From Hemiscyllium ocellatum (taxonomy: Eukaryota): a stretch of 64,000 bases of DNA. Position 1 is the first letter of the stretch. Every line of letters starts with the position of its first letter. The DNA lies in contig NC_083435.1 in assembly GCF_020745735.1 (NCBI RefSeq), positions 37,721,090 through 37,785,089 on the forward strand, in the 5' to 3' direction. Positions 11,691 to 24,149 of the stretch are shown piece by piece. Made by a program: the position numbers and the translations under genes. The notes below the pieces were generated by a model. It had not been told where the DNA came from. It did no database searches and was given only the letters and a program-made list of their open reading frames with translations.

Positions 11691-12989
11691 CATAAAACTC
11701 CCCAAGGAAGGGGACACCCAGGTCTGCTCCCCAGTTCCCAGGACGGTCAGTCACCGGGAGGGTGAGGGTCCGGGGGGGAGGGAATATAACCAGGGAGGTT
11801 GGGGATGTGACCTTCTGGATAAGGAGGGGGTGAGAATGATGATCTGGGGAAGAGAGAGAGAGAGAGAAAAAACATCAGACCTTTGTCAGCAAATATACTT
11901 TCTCAATTTCAATTTCTGCACCTCCAAATGTTCCCCACCTTTCCTATTGAAGGTGACAGGAAGCCGATCAGCATCTTATTTAAAAAAAAACACAAATTAC
12001 TGGAATAAAGTATTCCCGCTCAATTCAGACCGTCCCAGTTTCCTGACCCCGACTGTATTTAGTAGGTGTCTACCTGTCCAGTAAAACCCATGAAGACCAG
12101 TATGAATCCAGTATAAACAGCCCAGTTGGAGAGTCCCTGGTCTGCCTGCCCTGGCAGAAGCTGGTCAGCAGCTCTGGGTTGGTACTGGAGGGAACCTCAA
12201 TCTCAATCATTCTGTTGGTCTGAAGTCTGGCACCAGCTGGTGTAGAAAATCCAGGGCAGAATGTGTTCGTGATCTCTTTTTTTTATTTACAGACAGCCCC
12301 TGGCACCCGGACCCCAACCCTCACCCCGACCCCTGACACCCCATCCTCATAGCCCCTCACCACTCTAAACTCCCACCTTCACAGTCCCTCACCTCCTCCA
12401 CACTAACAACAGCACCTCATCCCCTGACCCACCAAGTCGATTTCAGAAGCCAGTACATATCCGAACCATTTGTGAATTTCAGACACAGATATAGAAAACA
12501 ACATCTGCCTAGTGAGAATCTCACCTTGCTGTTTGACAAACTTATAAGAGAGGCAGTGAGATGTTCTGAATGTGAGGAGGGATGGCTCACTGGAGTCCTC
12601 ATGTGTTTCTGCTGTTAAATGCTAAGGCTCACATCGCTAATGCCCTTAGAATGCCTGCTCCTGTTTCAGGTTTATTTAATGTGGTGTCAGACACTGAAGG
12701 ACAAATCCACAAGGTTTGCAGGTTTGGTTTTTAACAATGTGATAGAAGCTTACTGTGTAAAATGAATTAACAAAAATATCCAACAGGTCAGATATCATTC
12801 TGGGGTCTGACTTGTTCAGTACCAACACAAGCTGGGATCATAACAACTGCTTTACTCAGAGCCATGAGGCCTTTTCAGTCTTTACTCACAGGGAGGCCTA
12901 CACACTGTGTCCCCGAGGTAGCTCTGAAAGCCAAGGGTCAGATCAGGGGAGTGGGTGGAGGGTGTGTGACTGTTCCCCTCCACAGACTT

Positions 12990-14524
12990 TGAACTAACTT
13001 CATGAAGGCTGGTATCCTGTCACCAGGTCACCCTTGATTTACACGTGCACAGTACATGATACTGACCCAGCTAGCTGTTAAAGTGAACAGAACCCCTGAC
13101 CTTCCTGCTTACATCTATCAGCCAGGACTCCCTGAGTGGGGCTGTTAACCTGGTCCAGTCAGGGTGCTCATATTCTTTCAGGTCCATCTGGCTGACCTCC
13201 TTCCAATCACTGCATCCCTCCCCCCCACCCCCGAAGTTCTGGCAAATAGGCCCAATCTTTATCCTCTTGGGGTATTTTCACTCCGGTCCAGTTCCTCTGA
13301 CTCTCTCTCAGATACTGACAGCGTGAAGCAGATCAAAGCCCGCCTCTTGCACCTGGAGTGTCTTGGCTAAAATTCATCACCTTCTTCAGTTGGTAATGGC
13401 ATTGAGGCTGTGGCATTTACATGTACATCTCTATCCTTAGAGTATTCTTTGATGCTAGGCTGAGAGGGAGGATCCATGGGTTCTGACAGCCTTGCTGGGT
13501 GTACTGAGGGGCTGAGTATTTTTTTGCTCCTGTCCTGTTTGTTAATTACAGCTTCCATCTGACCCACAGGTTTGGTCAGGACCTACATCATGGGAGCTGA
13601 CCTCGCGCCGACCTCACCTCAACCCACAAAATAAGTTGTCTCCCTCAGGTGGAGGAGTCTTGTGTTCAGTATTGGCATTCCTGATGTCACTTTGCCCTCA
13701 CCCACGGGTTTAGGAATCTCAGGTTTAACCTGGTGTGGAGTCTTGTCCCTATTCACAACTCTGCTGGAGCTAGCCCTGCAGTTGCATGAGGGATGGTCCC
13801 ATGATGAAACAGGAACTGAGACAGTTTGGTATCAAGCTTCTTTAAGCCTGCCTGCAAACTTCGGGCCATTCTTTCCATTAGACCATCAGACGAGGGATGG
13901 TATGGAGCTGTCCTTACGTGTGAGAAAAATCAATAACGACTCAGAATTAGAGGCAGTTTGAAGTTGTAATGTTCCTCAACTAAACCCATTGACACTTGAA
14001 TAGTTTTATTATCTGGTGCCTCTGGGCGAGATAGGATCCTAATAACTGTGAAAACTGTGGATCTACACAATGTCAGGAGAATTACTCATTGCTTTTGACT
14101 ACCCCAATATTATTTGTCTGGTAAAAATGACGTATTCTTCCCACACACAGGACCCAGATTTCAACAGCAGGATCGAACAAGTCAAACTTCTCAAATAATG
14201 GCGTGATGCCTGAAAAATGCTTCCCCCAATTCAAACAAGACTTTTGTTAATGAATTTCTTCAGGGTCAGGTTTTTCTCCTGTCACCACTAAAACAACTCA
14301 ATGAAGGCTGTTATCCCGTCACCAAGTCACCCTTGAATAACACATGCATAGTAGTTGACACAGACCCAGCTAGCCCAGAGCCAGCTCTCAGAGTGACCAG
14401 GTTGTCTGACACTCCTGCTTCTATCTGTCAGCCAGGGCTCCCTGCTTGGACCAGATTGACAGTCCCAATCAGGGAACTCATATTCTAAAAGATCTATCTG
14501 TCTAACCTCATTTCAATCACTACA
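12990..14524 (-). mobile_element. Old, internally deleted Gypsy-like LTR retrotransposon
   Basis: Two related LTRs (12990-13214, 14289-14524) starting TG on the minus strand. PBS-like GTGGTGACAGG follows the 5' LTR and a G-rich PPT precedes the 3' LTR. Integrase C-terminal remnant (GEVGARSAP..V...LTKPVGQMEA). Flanks GACTT/GACCT form a 5-bp TSD with one mismatch. Confidence 0.75.
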
Positions 14525-15829
14525 GACCTCACCCACCATTTTAAGGCTGGACGGGCCACCCAAAATGATAGATTTATGACAGATTTACTAAGATGAGACA
14601 ATAATTGAGGCATGCTGGGAAAATGAGGCAAACGTTGACCAAAGTAACTGTGTTAATAAACAAGCTGCAGGATCTAGACAGGTGGCAGTTACAGACAGAC
14701 AGCATGTAATTGACCCAGCGGCTGCAGACAGTACAATACACACCTGAATTTGGGACTGAATAGAATCGACCAGAATACCATCCCCAGGACAATCAAAAAC
14801 ATCGGGGTGTGTACCAGACACAAGGGCACCTCACATCCTCATATAGAGAGGGCTACACACACCCAGCACCTTCAGGAATGAAAACCCAAGGACCACCTTG
14901 CCATCGATATGCCAACATCTGGTTGGCTGATCGAGCCCTGATTCATCCATTGCCAGATGATGACCACCCCAAAATGGCAGAAAGACTTTCACCTATAGGA
15001 ATCACTGCAACATCACCCTCAGGCCAACCACTGTGAAGGGAAGATACCCCTGGGACCTCCAGGAGAAGGTGACCAAATGATCACCCCTTCATGGATCAAA
15101 GCCAGCATCTAATGTAGTGGGATATGATCATCCAGAATTAAGGTAAAGCACACAATAGATGATTAGATTTGCAGTGTAAATTGTTAGTTTATAATATAGT
15201 TTATACTGTTGTTATTAATTGTGTTAAATTAACAAATATTATCCTTTATTATTGTTATTATTGTGAAAAGTCGACTCGCAGTTTCTTTGCCTGGTATTAG
15301 TTAAAATGCACCGTGTGACACACACAACGGTTTGTTTCCTTGATCATCACGGGAACCAGCAGGTTTCAGATTTCCTACCCGGGTATGTCCTGATATCAAG
15401 CAAGTCACTATATCCCCAAAAGGCTGAGACCAGGCAAGCACTAGGACTTGTTGGAGGCCAAGATAGAGCCCCCCCAAAGTGAATAAGGTCAGGAGAGAGA
15501 GTTCAGAGGAAACAAAAAGGGCACAAAGGGTCTCATCCAGTAAAGAGGGATTTCCACCTGGGTCCCAGGGACTGGCAGGGCGTGCTGAGGTTTAATCCAC
15601 TTCAGAAAGGTTCCACAAAGCTACTCAAGGTTCAGTGACCCTGCAGGGGGCAGTATATCCAAATAGGTTTGGAGAAGCAGGTTAAACTCTGAGAAGTTAT
15701 AAGGGTTGAAATCACACTGAGAAATGGTGGAAGAATTGATAGAAACAAAAAACTAACGGGAGTACATCTGAAATTAAAATGGTGGACACCTTCAGAAATG
15801 ACTTACTTGGAAGCTTGAAGGATTGAGAA

Positions 15830-16620
15830 CCTAAGAACTAGGAGCAGGAGTAGGTGAAAGTGAGGACTGCAGATACTGGAGATCAGGGTCTAGATTAGAG
15901 TGGTGCTGATGAACGGCTCCTGCCCAAAATGTCATGTTCCTGCTCCTCAGATGCTGCCTGACCTGCTGCGCTTTTCCAGCACCACTCTAATCTAGTAGCA
16001 AGAGTAGGCTATCTGACCCATTGAGCCTGCTCCACCATTCAATAATATCATTGCTGATCTTTTCATGGCCTCAGCTCCACCTACCCACCCTCTCTCTGTA
16101 AAATCTATCTTAGCCTTAAAAACATCTACTGAAGTAGTGTCAACTACTTCCCTGGGCAGGGAGTTATATAGATTAATAACCTTCTGGGTAAAGAAGTTCC
16201 TTCTCAATTCAGTCCAAAATCTGCTCCCCCTAATCTTGAGGCTGTGCCCCCTTGTCCTAGTTTCACCTGCCAGTGGAAACAAACTCTCTACTTTTGTCTT
16301 ATCTATTCCCTTCATAATTTTATATGTTTCTGTAAGATCCCACGCCCCTCTATTTTCTAAATTCCAATGAGTATAATCCCAATCTGCTCAGCCTATCCTA
16401 ATAAGCCAACCCCCTCAACTCCGGAATCAATCTAGTGACCCTTCTCTGCACTCCCTCCAGTGCCAGTACATCCTTTCACAAGTAAGGAGACCAAAACTGC
16501 ACACAGCATTCCAGGTGTGGTCTCACCAGCACCCCGTACAGCTGCAAAGTAACCTCCCTGTTTTCAAACTCAATCCCTTTAGCAATGAAGGACGAATTCC
16601 ATTTGCCTTCCTAACTTCCA
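15830..16620 (-). mobile_element. CR1 LINE 3' fragment with a Penelope-like fragment inserted at about 15856-15995
   Basis: Minus ORF 15992-16315 (ETRTRGHSLKIRG...RRNFFTQKVINLYNSLP). The insert carries GATGCTGCCTGACCTGCTGCGCTTTTCCAGC. Confidence 0.85.
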
Positions 16621-16714
16621 CACTGATTAGCAGATGGAGAGTGGGATGCTCTCACCGAGTTAAAAATACAAAGCCAGTCAGAACTTAAAATTCCTCTTGT
16701 GTGGAATGAAGCCA

Positions 16715-16895
16715 TAAGGCCCATTAGGTCCACACCAACTCTCTGAAGAGCATTCCACCCAAACCCACCAGCTGAACCTATCCTTGTAGCCCTGCATTTC
16801 CCATGGCTAACCTATCTAGCCTACACATCCCTGGGCCTTGACACTATAGAGCAATTTACCTTGGCATATCCACCTAACCTACACATCTTTGGACT
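16715..16895 (-). mobile_element. HE1-like SINE, 3' half
   Basis: Reverse complement of the SINE body and tail (ACCTACACATCTTTGGACTGTGG at the end). Confidence 0.65.
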
Positions 16896-16957
16896 GTGGA
16901 AGCCCCAGTTCTTATTGGTGTGATAGCCAAGACATTTTCCTGTCTTGACAGCAGCAT

Positions 16958-17217
16958 GGGTGGTACGGTGGCTCTGTGGTTAGCACTGCTGCCTCACAGC
17001 ACCAGGGTCCCAGGTTCGATTCCAGCCTCTGTCGACTGTCTGTGTGGAGTTTACATGGGTTCTCCCTGTGTCTGTGTGGGTTTCCTCCCACTGTCCCTAG
17101 TGTTAGGTGCGTTAGTCAGAGGGAAATGGGTCTGGGTGGGTTACTCTTCGGAGGATTGGAATGGACTGGTTGGGCCGAAGGACCTGTTTCCACACTGTAG
17201 GGAATCTAATCTAATCT
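16958..17217 (+). mobile_element. HE1-like SINE
   Basis: GGGTGGTACGGTGGCTCTGTGGTTAGCAC head, GGTTCGATTCC B box, tail ending (AATCT)n. Confidence 0.88.
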
Positions 17218-18243
17218 GTAAATGGACAACTGCCTTGGTGTGGGAACTGCAAAATCATAGCATGAAATGTTGACTTCATCTGCTCCAAATTTTGGATCAC
17301 TTTTTCTTTCCAGGGTAGTCTGAGTTGTATGGGACAACCACAGCCCCTTTCATGAGTTTATACAAAACACAGCAAGTGTTGACCTGATCAGTGAATCAAT
17401 CGTTGTGTAGGATAGTTTTGATATCCCAGCATCAAGCTCATCCTGTGAACAGATGGCTGGAGCTCTATTCACCCGTTTGCAGACGAGATTGATCGTGTCG
17501 TGTGTGAGTCTTTAGGAATCCCAACGTGTGATCAATAGGAGAACAGAATCCATTGGCAACTTTGTCAATGAACACTTTGAACAAAGGGAACTTGGTTGAG
17601 TGCCCCATTTCCTTGGTAAATCTGCGTGCAGGATGGTGTTTGGCAAGTTGTTTAATGCTATCATATGGTAATGCAAGTGAATACAGTCTCTGTCTATCAC
17701 TGAATAGTGGTGTGTCTCCCTTTCCTTTACAAACTATATGTTTCATTTCTCCTCATCATATACTTTTAACATATCTAAAAATAAACAAAATAATCAAAAT
17801 TGTTTTATTAAAATCATATAAATAAACATGATTGATATGTATATTTATGGTGAAATATAAAAATAAGTTACTGCTATTGATGAGATTGCTTCATAGGGTG
17901 TAGTTTGAATTATCACCTGATAGGTCATATATTCTAACAAATTTCAAACTCCAGGGTTGCTAAACATGCTGATATCCAGAAAAAGTGTTCTGTCTAGTAT
18001 CTGTGTCAGGCCACGTTAACAGATATGATACATTTCCAGTCACGCTCTGATGTGTAAGGATGAGGAGGGTCACTATTAGAGTAATCCTTGGTAAAGAGTA
18101 TGGAAAAGGTGTCAGAGTAAAAGCATATCAGTCACTCAGTAATAAAATTGTAATAGATATGTTATTCAGTAAGGTGAGACATCATCCTCTCATAAATTAC
18201 TCTCGATGCAGCTTTGTACAGGTATTTAATTGTTGTTAAAGAT

Positions 18244-18536
18244 GATTAGATTACTTACAGTGTGGAAACAGGCCCTTCGGCCCAACAGGTCCACACCGAC
18301 CCGAAACCCACCCATACCCCTACATTTACCCCTTACCTAACACTATTAGCATGGCCAATTCACCTGACCTACACATCTTTGGACTGCGGGAGGAAACCGG
18401 AGCACCCGGAGGAAACCCACGCAGACACGGGGAGAACGTGCAAACCCCACACAGTCAGTCGCCTGAGTCGGGAATTGAACCCGGGTCTCTGGCGCTGTGA
18501 GGCAGCAGTGCTAACCACTGTGCCACCGTGCCGCCC
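18244..18536 (-). mobile_element. HE1-like SINE, full length
   Basis: Reverse complement starts GGGCGGCACGGTGGCACAGTGGTTAGCAC and ends ACACTGTAAGTAATCTAATC. Confidence 0.92.
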
Positions 18537-20305
18537 ACTAAGGTGGAATAAAGAATATAATTTATTGACAAGCAGGTGATTGTCGATTGAAGTTAACGTT
18601 AATACAATTTCAGAGTAAATCACTGAATAAAATACAGATGACTAATGGAATAGAAACACTTGTTGCAAGATTATACAAAATTAATTCAATTCAGACAAGG
18701 ATGGTCAGCAGAATTCAATAATCTATTTGTTATGGAAATAAACTCCCAAATGGTTGCAATGAGAACATAGGGTACATAGTCAACAATTTGTTTTATTCAA
18801 ATTTTAAATTTTAGCAACAGGGTAACATTGCCAGGAAACATATGTGTCCAATGGTTGAACACAAGTAACATCATTTGTTATCTTCTTTTTAAGTATTTGA
18901 TAAAAATATCTGAAATCATAAAATTGAAACATACAAATATAAGATTAATCTTACAAAAATATTAATGTTATGCATTGTATTATGAGAAACTTGTTGCAAT
19001 TTCTGTTGGTTTCTGATGTTAGTTGCTGATTTCTTTATGTATCGATATCCAATGACCATAAACTGTCAATGTCTCCAACTTTAAAATAGCACAGAGTTAA
19101 AAACAGAAAGAAATGCAAATACACAACAGGTCAGTCAGCATTTGAAAAGCAAACATGTAATTTAATCTTTCAGATTGAGATCTGCCACAGTCAAAAATGT
19201 AAAGTTAATCCTACTTTTTCTGCTTTTTATATCCAGGTTATCCTGTTGCCACTGAGATTGTTTTAGTTTGGATTTACGATTACTATTTCTTTACAGATCC
19301 TGAGCAGTTACTTCCCTCTCAAACAGAACTCACAAAAATCAATTGGATAAACACTTTAGAGGGATAATGTACAGGGCTATGGGGAAAGGACAGGGACTGG
19401 AACTGAACTGGTAACTCTTCAAACAGCTAGCACAGGCAAATGGGCTGAAGAGCTTCCTCCTTTCCTGTATCAGGATATAATGATATGGGTTTGAGGATCA
19501 GGATTTTCCCTCTCAAATCTCTCAGATGCTGCTGCTTCTGGTTCTCTCTATCCATTCAATACTAGTTTGAAATTTAAACAGTCCTTGATCTTGTTGTAAT
19601 CATTTGCTGTTCTTAGGTCAATCCTTCATAGAGAGAGAAGTGTCTACATGAAAATAATGAATCCAAAAGTTTGGTTTTTAACTAGAAAAGCTGATAGGAA
19701 ATCAAGGATTGAGTGTCAAATATAGCAATTCTGTCTCTTTCATATACTTACTGGGGAAAAGTTCTTTCTCCCCAAATTTTTCCAGACCTGATGAGTATTT
19801 CCAGGAATTTCTGATTTTATGCCATAAGGCCAAAGTTTTCCAGCTTCTGTGCTGTTAATTTACATTTCTGAAGTTATTTTTCAGGAAATGTTTGATGTGT
19901 TTAATATTTAAACTCAAATTGTTGCAAACTACTGCTCTATCGTTCACCAATAATGCTTAATTTCTGTGTCCATTCAGCCCTCTATTCTGGTGATGTCCAA
20001 CACTGTGATGTGAGATATTCCAGTTTGTACAATTACACAGGATGTGACAGATTCTCCCAACGATATCCTTCCCCCAATAGTTAACTCTTTCAGTCTAATA
20101 ATTTGGACTAAAAAGATCCAAATTGGTGTTTAAAGTACCGTTTGTTAATCTTATCAGATTGAAAAGTAACATTTCCCAGCTTCTCTGTGGTATCTGTCAC
20201 CCAGTTTCCCCTTAAATACCCAACTAATCATCAGCAGGGAATTCTCATTATTGCAAATATTATTACCTCCAAACCTTCTCTCACTGACTAATAACTCCCT
20301 GCAAG

Positions 20306-20519
20306 CCCAAAGTGAGGACTGCAGATGCTGGTGATTAGAGTCAAGATTAGAGTGGTGTTGGAAAAGCACAGCAGGTCAGGCAGCATCTGAGGCACGGGAA
20401 AATCGACGTTTTGGGCGGGGGTTCTTCATCAGGAATCAGGCTCCTGCCTAAAACGTCAATTTTCCTGCTCCTCGGATGCTGCCTGACCTGCTGCGCTTTT
20501 CCAGCACCACTCTAACCTT
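20306..20519. mobile_element. Penelope-like terminal fragments in inverted arrangement with decayed hammerhead cores
   Basis: Left arm GGAAAAGCACAGCAGGTCAGGCAGCATC and right arm GATGCTGCCTGACCTGCTGCGCTTTTCC. Imperfect ~20-bp flanking duplication TGACT(A/G)ATAACTCCCT. Confidence 0.75.
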
Positions 20520-20799
20520 GACTGATAACTCCCTTCAGCAGATCCAGTGTATGGGAGCGCAGCAGAGGAACTTATTCATCATTTGTGCTGCACACATGAG
20601 TAATAGCTCATTAAAAATGTCCCAATCATTTCCCAAACTCGGGCATGGAACCTCCAATACTGCACAATTTCTGGTCTCGATCTTATTCTGATGATCTTTC
20701 CTCTCGCTTTCCAACCAGAACTGCGCACAATCCTCCTGTTACTCTCGCTTTCCAACCAGAACTGCACACAATCCTCCCGTTACTGTCTCACCAGTGTCT

Positions 20800-21960
20800 T
20801 ATACAGTTTCATCATAAGCTCCCAATTTGTCTATTCTACACCTCTACCACTGAAGGAGTGCATTCCATGTACCTTCTTCATTACCTTAGCTACTTGCACC
20901 CCAAGATCTCCTACTTCATCAACCTCTCGCAGTATATTCCCATTGCACAAACATTTGGTTTTAGTGTTTGATCTTCCTCAATGCATTACCTCATATGCTA
21001 TCAGAGTTGAACTCCACCTGCCACTTGCCTGCCCACGCCTACCATCCCCATTTTGGATTTACAGCTAGCCTGTACACTAGCCACTCGAGGGCTAGTTGTG
21101 GTACCATCCCCACACCCTGCCTCTCCACCAACTCCCACTCCCCAACCCATCCCCACCCCCAATGGTCAAGTCCAAATCATTAATGTATAAAAGCAACAGC
21201 ATGGATCCCAACACTGCACAATACCGTGAGAAAGCGTTCCATTTGCAAGGTCAGCCAAGAGTATTGTCCTTAGTTTCCTGTTACTAACAGGACAACAACT
21301 CTCCCTCCCACGTCACTAAGGGCATGCAGGTCCTGGGCCTCCTTCACCACCAAACCCTTACCACCTGACACCTGGAGGAAGGACGCCTCATATTCCGCCT
21401 TGGGACCCTGCTACCACACAGGATCAATGTGGATTTCAACTGTTTCCTCACTTCCCCTCCTCCCAGCTTATTTCAGAGCCAAGCCTCCAACTCAGCACTG
21501 CCCTCCTGACCTGTCCATCACCTTTCCCATTTATCCACTCCACCCTCGAACCTTCTCCCTCACCTTCATCTACCTATTGTTTTCTCAGCTCCCTTCCCCC
21601 AACCCCACCCCCTCCCCTCCCATTTATCTCTCAGCCCCCGGGCCCACAAATCTCATCCCTGATGAAGGGCTTATGCCCAAAACGTTGATTCTCCTACTCC
21701 TTGGATGCTGCCTGACCTGATGTATTTTTCCAGCACCACACTCTCGACTCTGATCTCCATCATCTGTAGTCCTCACTTTCCCCGGTTACTAAACCAACTT
21801 TGAATCTAGTTCGACACATTACCCTGAATTCCGTGGGCTTTTAATTTTTTGACCTGTCTATGATGTGGGACCTTGTCAAATGCTTTACTAAAATCCATGT
21901 AGACATCAGCAACTACACTACCCTCATCGATCCTCCTTGTCACTTCCTCAAAGATTGCAA
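20800..21960 (-). mobile_element. Degraded CR1 RT fragment interrupted by a Penelope-like element
   Basis: Reverse-complement CR1 segments at 20800-21215 and 21790-21960 (YMDF.KAFDKVPH region). Confidence 0.7.
21225..21782 (+). mobile_element. Penelope-like element 3' end (GIY-YIG endonuclease C-terminus, pseudo-LTR and decayed hammerhead)
   Basis: Translates MQVLGLLHHQT...LEEGRLIFRLGTLLPHRINVDF, followed by CCTGATGAAGGGCTTATGCCCAAAACGTTG and the common terminal tail. Confidence 0.8.
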
Positions 21961-21969
21961 TCAACATCG

Positions 21970-23400
21970 TGATTGCCAGTACCCAACAGTTTGCAATAAC
22001 TACTACCCAACAGCTTACTATGACCAGGACCTTACAGTTTGCAATAACCAGTAACCTACAGTTTGTAATGGTCGGTCACTACAGTTTGCAATAACCGGTT
22101 TTCAATGACCGGTACTCCACTGTTTGCAATGACCGGTGCCCTACAGTTTAAGTTGACCAGTACCCTACAATTTGCACTGACTGGTACCCTACAGTTTATA
22201 ATGATGGGTAACTTATAGATTGCAATGACCGGTGCCCTAGAGTTTGAATTGACTAGTACCCGACAGTTTGCAATGACTGGGACCCGACAGTTTGTAATGA
22301 CTGGGATCCTACAGTTTGCAATGACCAGGATCCTATAGCTTGCTATGAATGGTACCCTACAGTTTGCAATGGTTGACGCTTTACAGTTTGCAATGACTGG
22401 TACCGTACAGTTTGCAGTGACTGGTACCTGACAGTTTGCAATAACCAGTACCCGACAGTTTGCAATGACCAATACCCGACAGTCTTCAAAGTCTGGTACC
22501 CGACAGTTTGCAATGACCGGTATCCTACAGTTTGCAATAACCAGTACCCTACAGTTTGCAATGACCAATACCCGACAGTCTTCAAAGTCTGGTACCCGAC
22601 AGTTTGCAATGACCGGTATCCTACAGTTTGCAATAACCAGTACCCTACAGTTTGTAATGACAGGTGCCCTGCAGTTTGTAATGACCAGTACCCGATAGCT
22701 TGTAATGATCGGCACCCTGCGGTTTGCAATGACTGGGACCCAACAGTTTACAATGACCTGTCCTTACAGTTTCCACTGACGGGTTCCATACAGTTTACAA
22801 TGACCGGTATCCTACAGTTTGCAATGATTGGTACCCTGCAGTGGGTAATGACCAGTACCCTACAGTTTGTAATGAACGGTACCCTGCTGTTTGTAATGAC
22901 CAGTACCCGACAGTCTGTAATGACCAGTACCCGATGGTTTGCAATAACCAGTACTCTACAGTTTGTAATGACAGGTGCCCTGCAGTTTGTAATGACCAGT
23001 ACGCGACAGTTTGTAATGAACGGTACCCTGCTATTTGTAATGACCAGTACCCAACAGTCTGTAATGATCAGTACCCGACAGTTTGCAATAACCAGTACCC
23101 TACAGTTTATAATGACCAGTACCCGGCAGTCTGTAATGTTCAGTACCCGATAGTTTGCAATGACCGGTACCTGACAGTTTGTAATGACCAGTACCCTACA
23201 ATTTGCAATGATTGGTACCTGACAGTTTGAAATGACTGGTAGCCAACAGTTTGCAATGACTGGTGCCCTTCAGTTTGCAATGACTGGTGCCCTTCAGTTT
23301 GCAATGACTGGTCCATACAGTTGCAATGACCGGTTCCCTACAGTTTGGAATGACTGACACCCTACGGTTTGCAATGACTGGTACCTGACAGCTTGTAATG
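21970..23400. repeat. 24-bp minisatellite (consensus CAGTTTGCAATGACCAGTACCCTA), about 60 units, with a local 96-bp higher-order duplication
   Basis: Visible 24-nt periodicity. The variant AGTCTTCAAA recurs at 22481 and 22577 (96 bp = 4 units). Confidence 0.95.
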
Positions 23401-23764
23401 CCTCCTAGCAGGTCCGCCTCAGGGCAGGATAGGAGGTGTTCTTCCCCATGTTTGGGAACAGGAGACCAAGGTCACCCAGCTGGAGTATGCACAGGAGCTG
23501 AGCAGGTGTGGTGTCCACCCATAGTCCTGGTGCCAGTGATGAATGCACACACACACACACATGACCTCCTTTGTTCACGGTAAATGGCTATGGGGTATTC
23601 CTTCAAAGTGTCACTCAGGAGGTGAACAGGCCAAATGGTCTTTGAGGGAGCAGGGAGAGGAGGCCAGCCTAGGAAATGTACTCATCATCAGTGCCACATG
23701 ACAAAGTCAGAGAGTTTTACTGGAAACCCTCTGCTCTGGCTAACTATCGTCACGAAACCAAAAG

Positions 23765-24140
23765 AAAAGGAAACAGATGCTGACGATCAGAAATAAACTC
23801 AGAAGTTGCTAGAAAAACTCAGCAGGTCTGGCAACAGTGGAGAGAGAACAAAGCTAACGCTTCAGTTCCAGTGACCTCACTTCAGAAATGATGAGGACTA
23901 GGTAAAGGATGGTATTCATCTGCTGATTGGGTGGGTGTGATGGGGGGATGGTGTAAACGATAGGTGGAGATGGAATCCAGAGAGGGAGAGAGAGAGAGAG
24001 AGACCAGGAGCTGGGCAGACACAGGATTGTACGAAGGTCAGCCTGGGTGAATCATTCCTGTTAATGGGGACCATTTGTAGCTGACAATGGATTCGCTGCC
24101 CATGTGATGACAAGGCCTGGTGTGTCGGGATTGGGGTATG
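23765..24140 (-). mobile_element. Penelope-like terminal fragment (different subfamily)
   Basis: AAACAGATGCTGA...AAAACTCAGCAGGTCTGGCAAC...GAGAGAGAACAAAGCTAACG pattern followed by a purine-rich pseudo-LTR region. Confidence 0.55.
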
Positions 24141-24149
24141 GAAATGAAA

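Noticed and set aside
14575-15370. Possible additional solo LTR
   Set aside because: LTR-like composition, but termini and TSD could not be defined.
17465-17746. 93-aa minus-strand ORF in non-repeat sequence
   Set aside because: No recognisable motif or convincing splice sites; the length is within chance expectation.
19978-20085. Exon-like segment LYSGDVQHCDVRYSSLYNYTGCDRFSQRYPSPNS-stop after a CAG
   Set aside because: No family match recognised and no partner exons; cannot be supported without expression data.
22056-23230. Cys-periodic ORFs (219 aa minus, 129 aa plus) as genuine metallothionein- or antifreeze-like genes
   Set aside because: They follow from a 24-nt unit length; several frames are open, with internal stops along the array and no signal peptide or exon structure. 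Kept only as a repeat.
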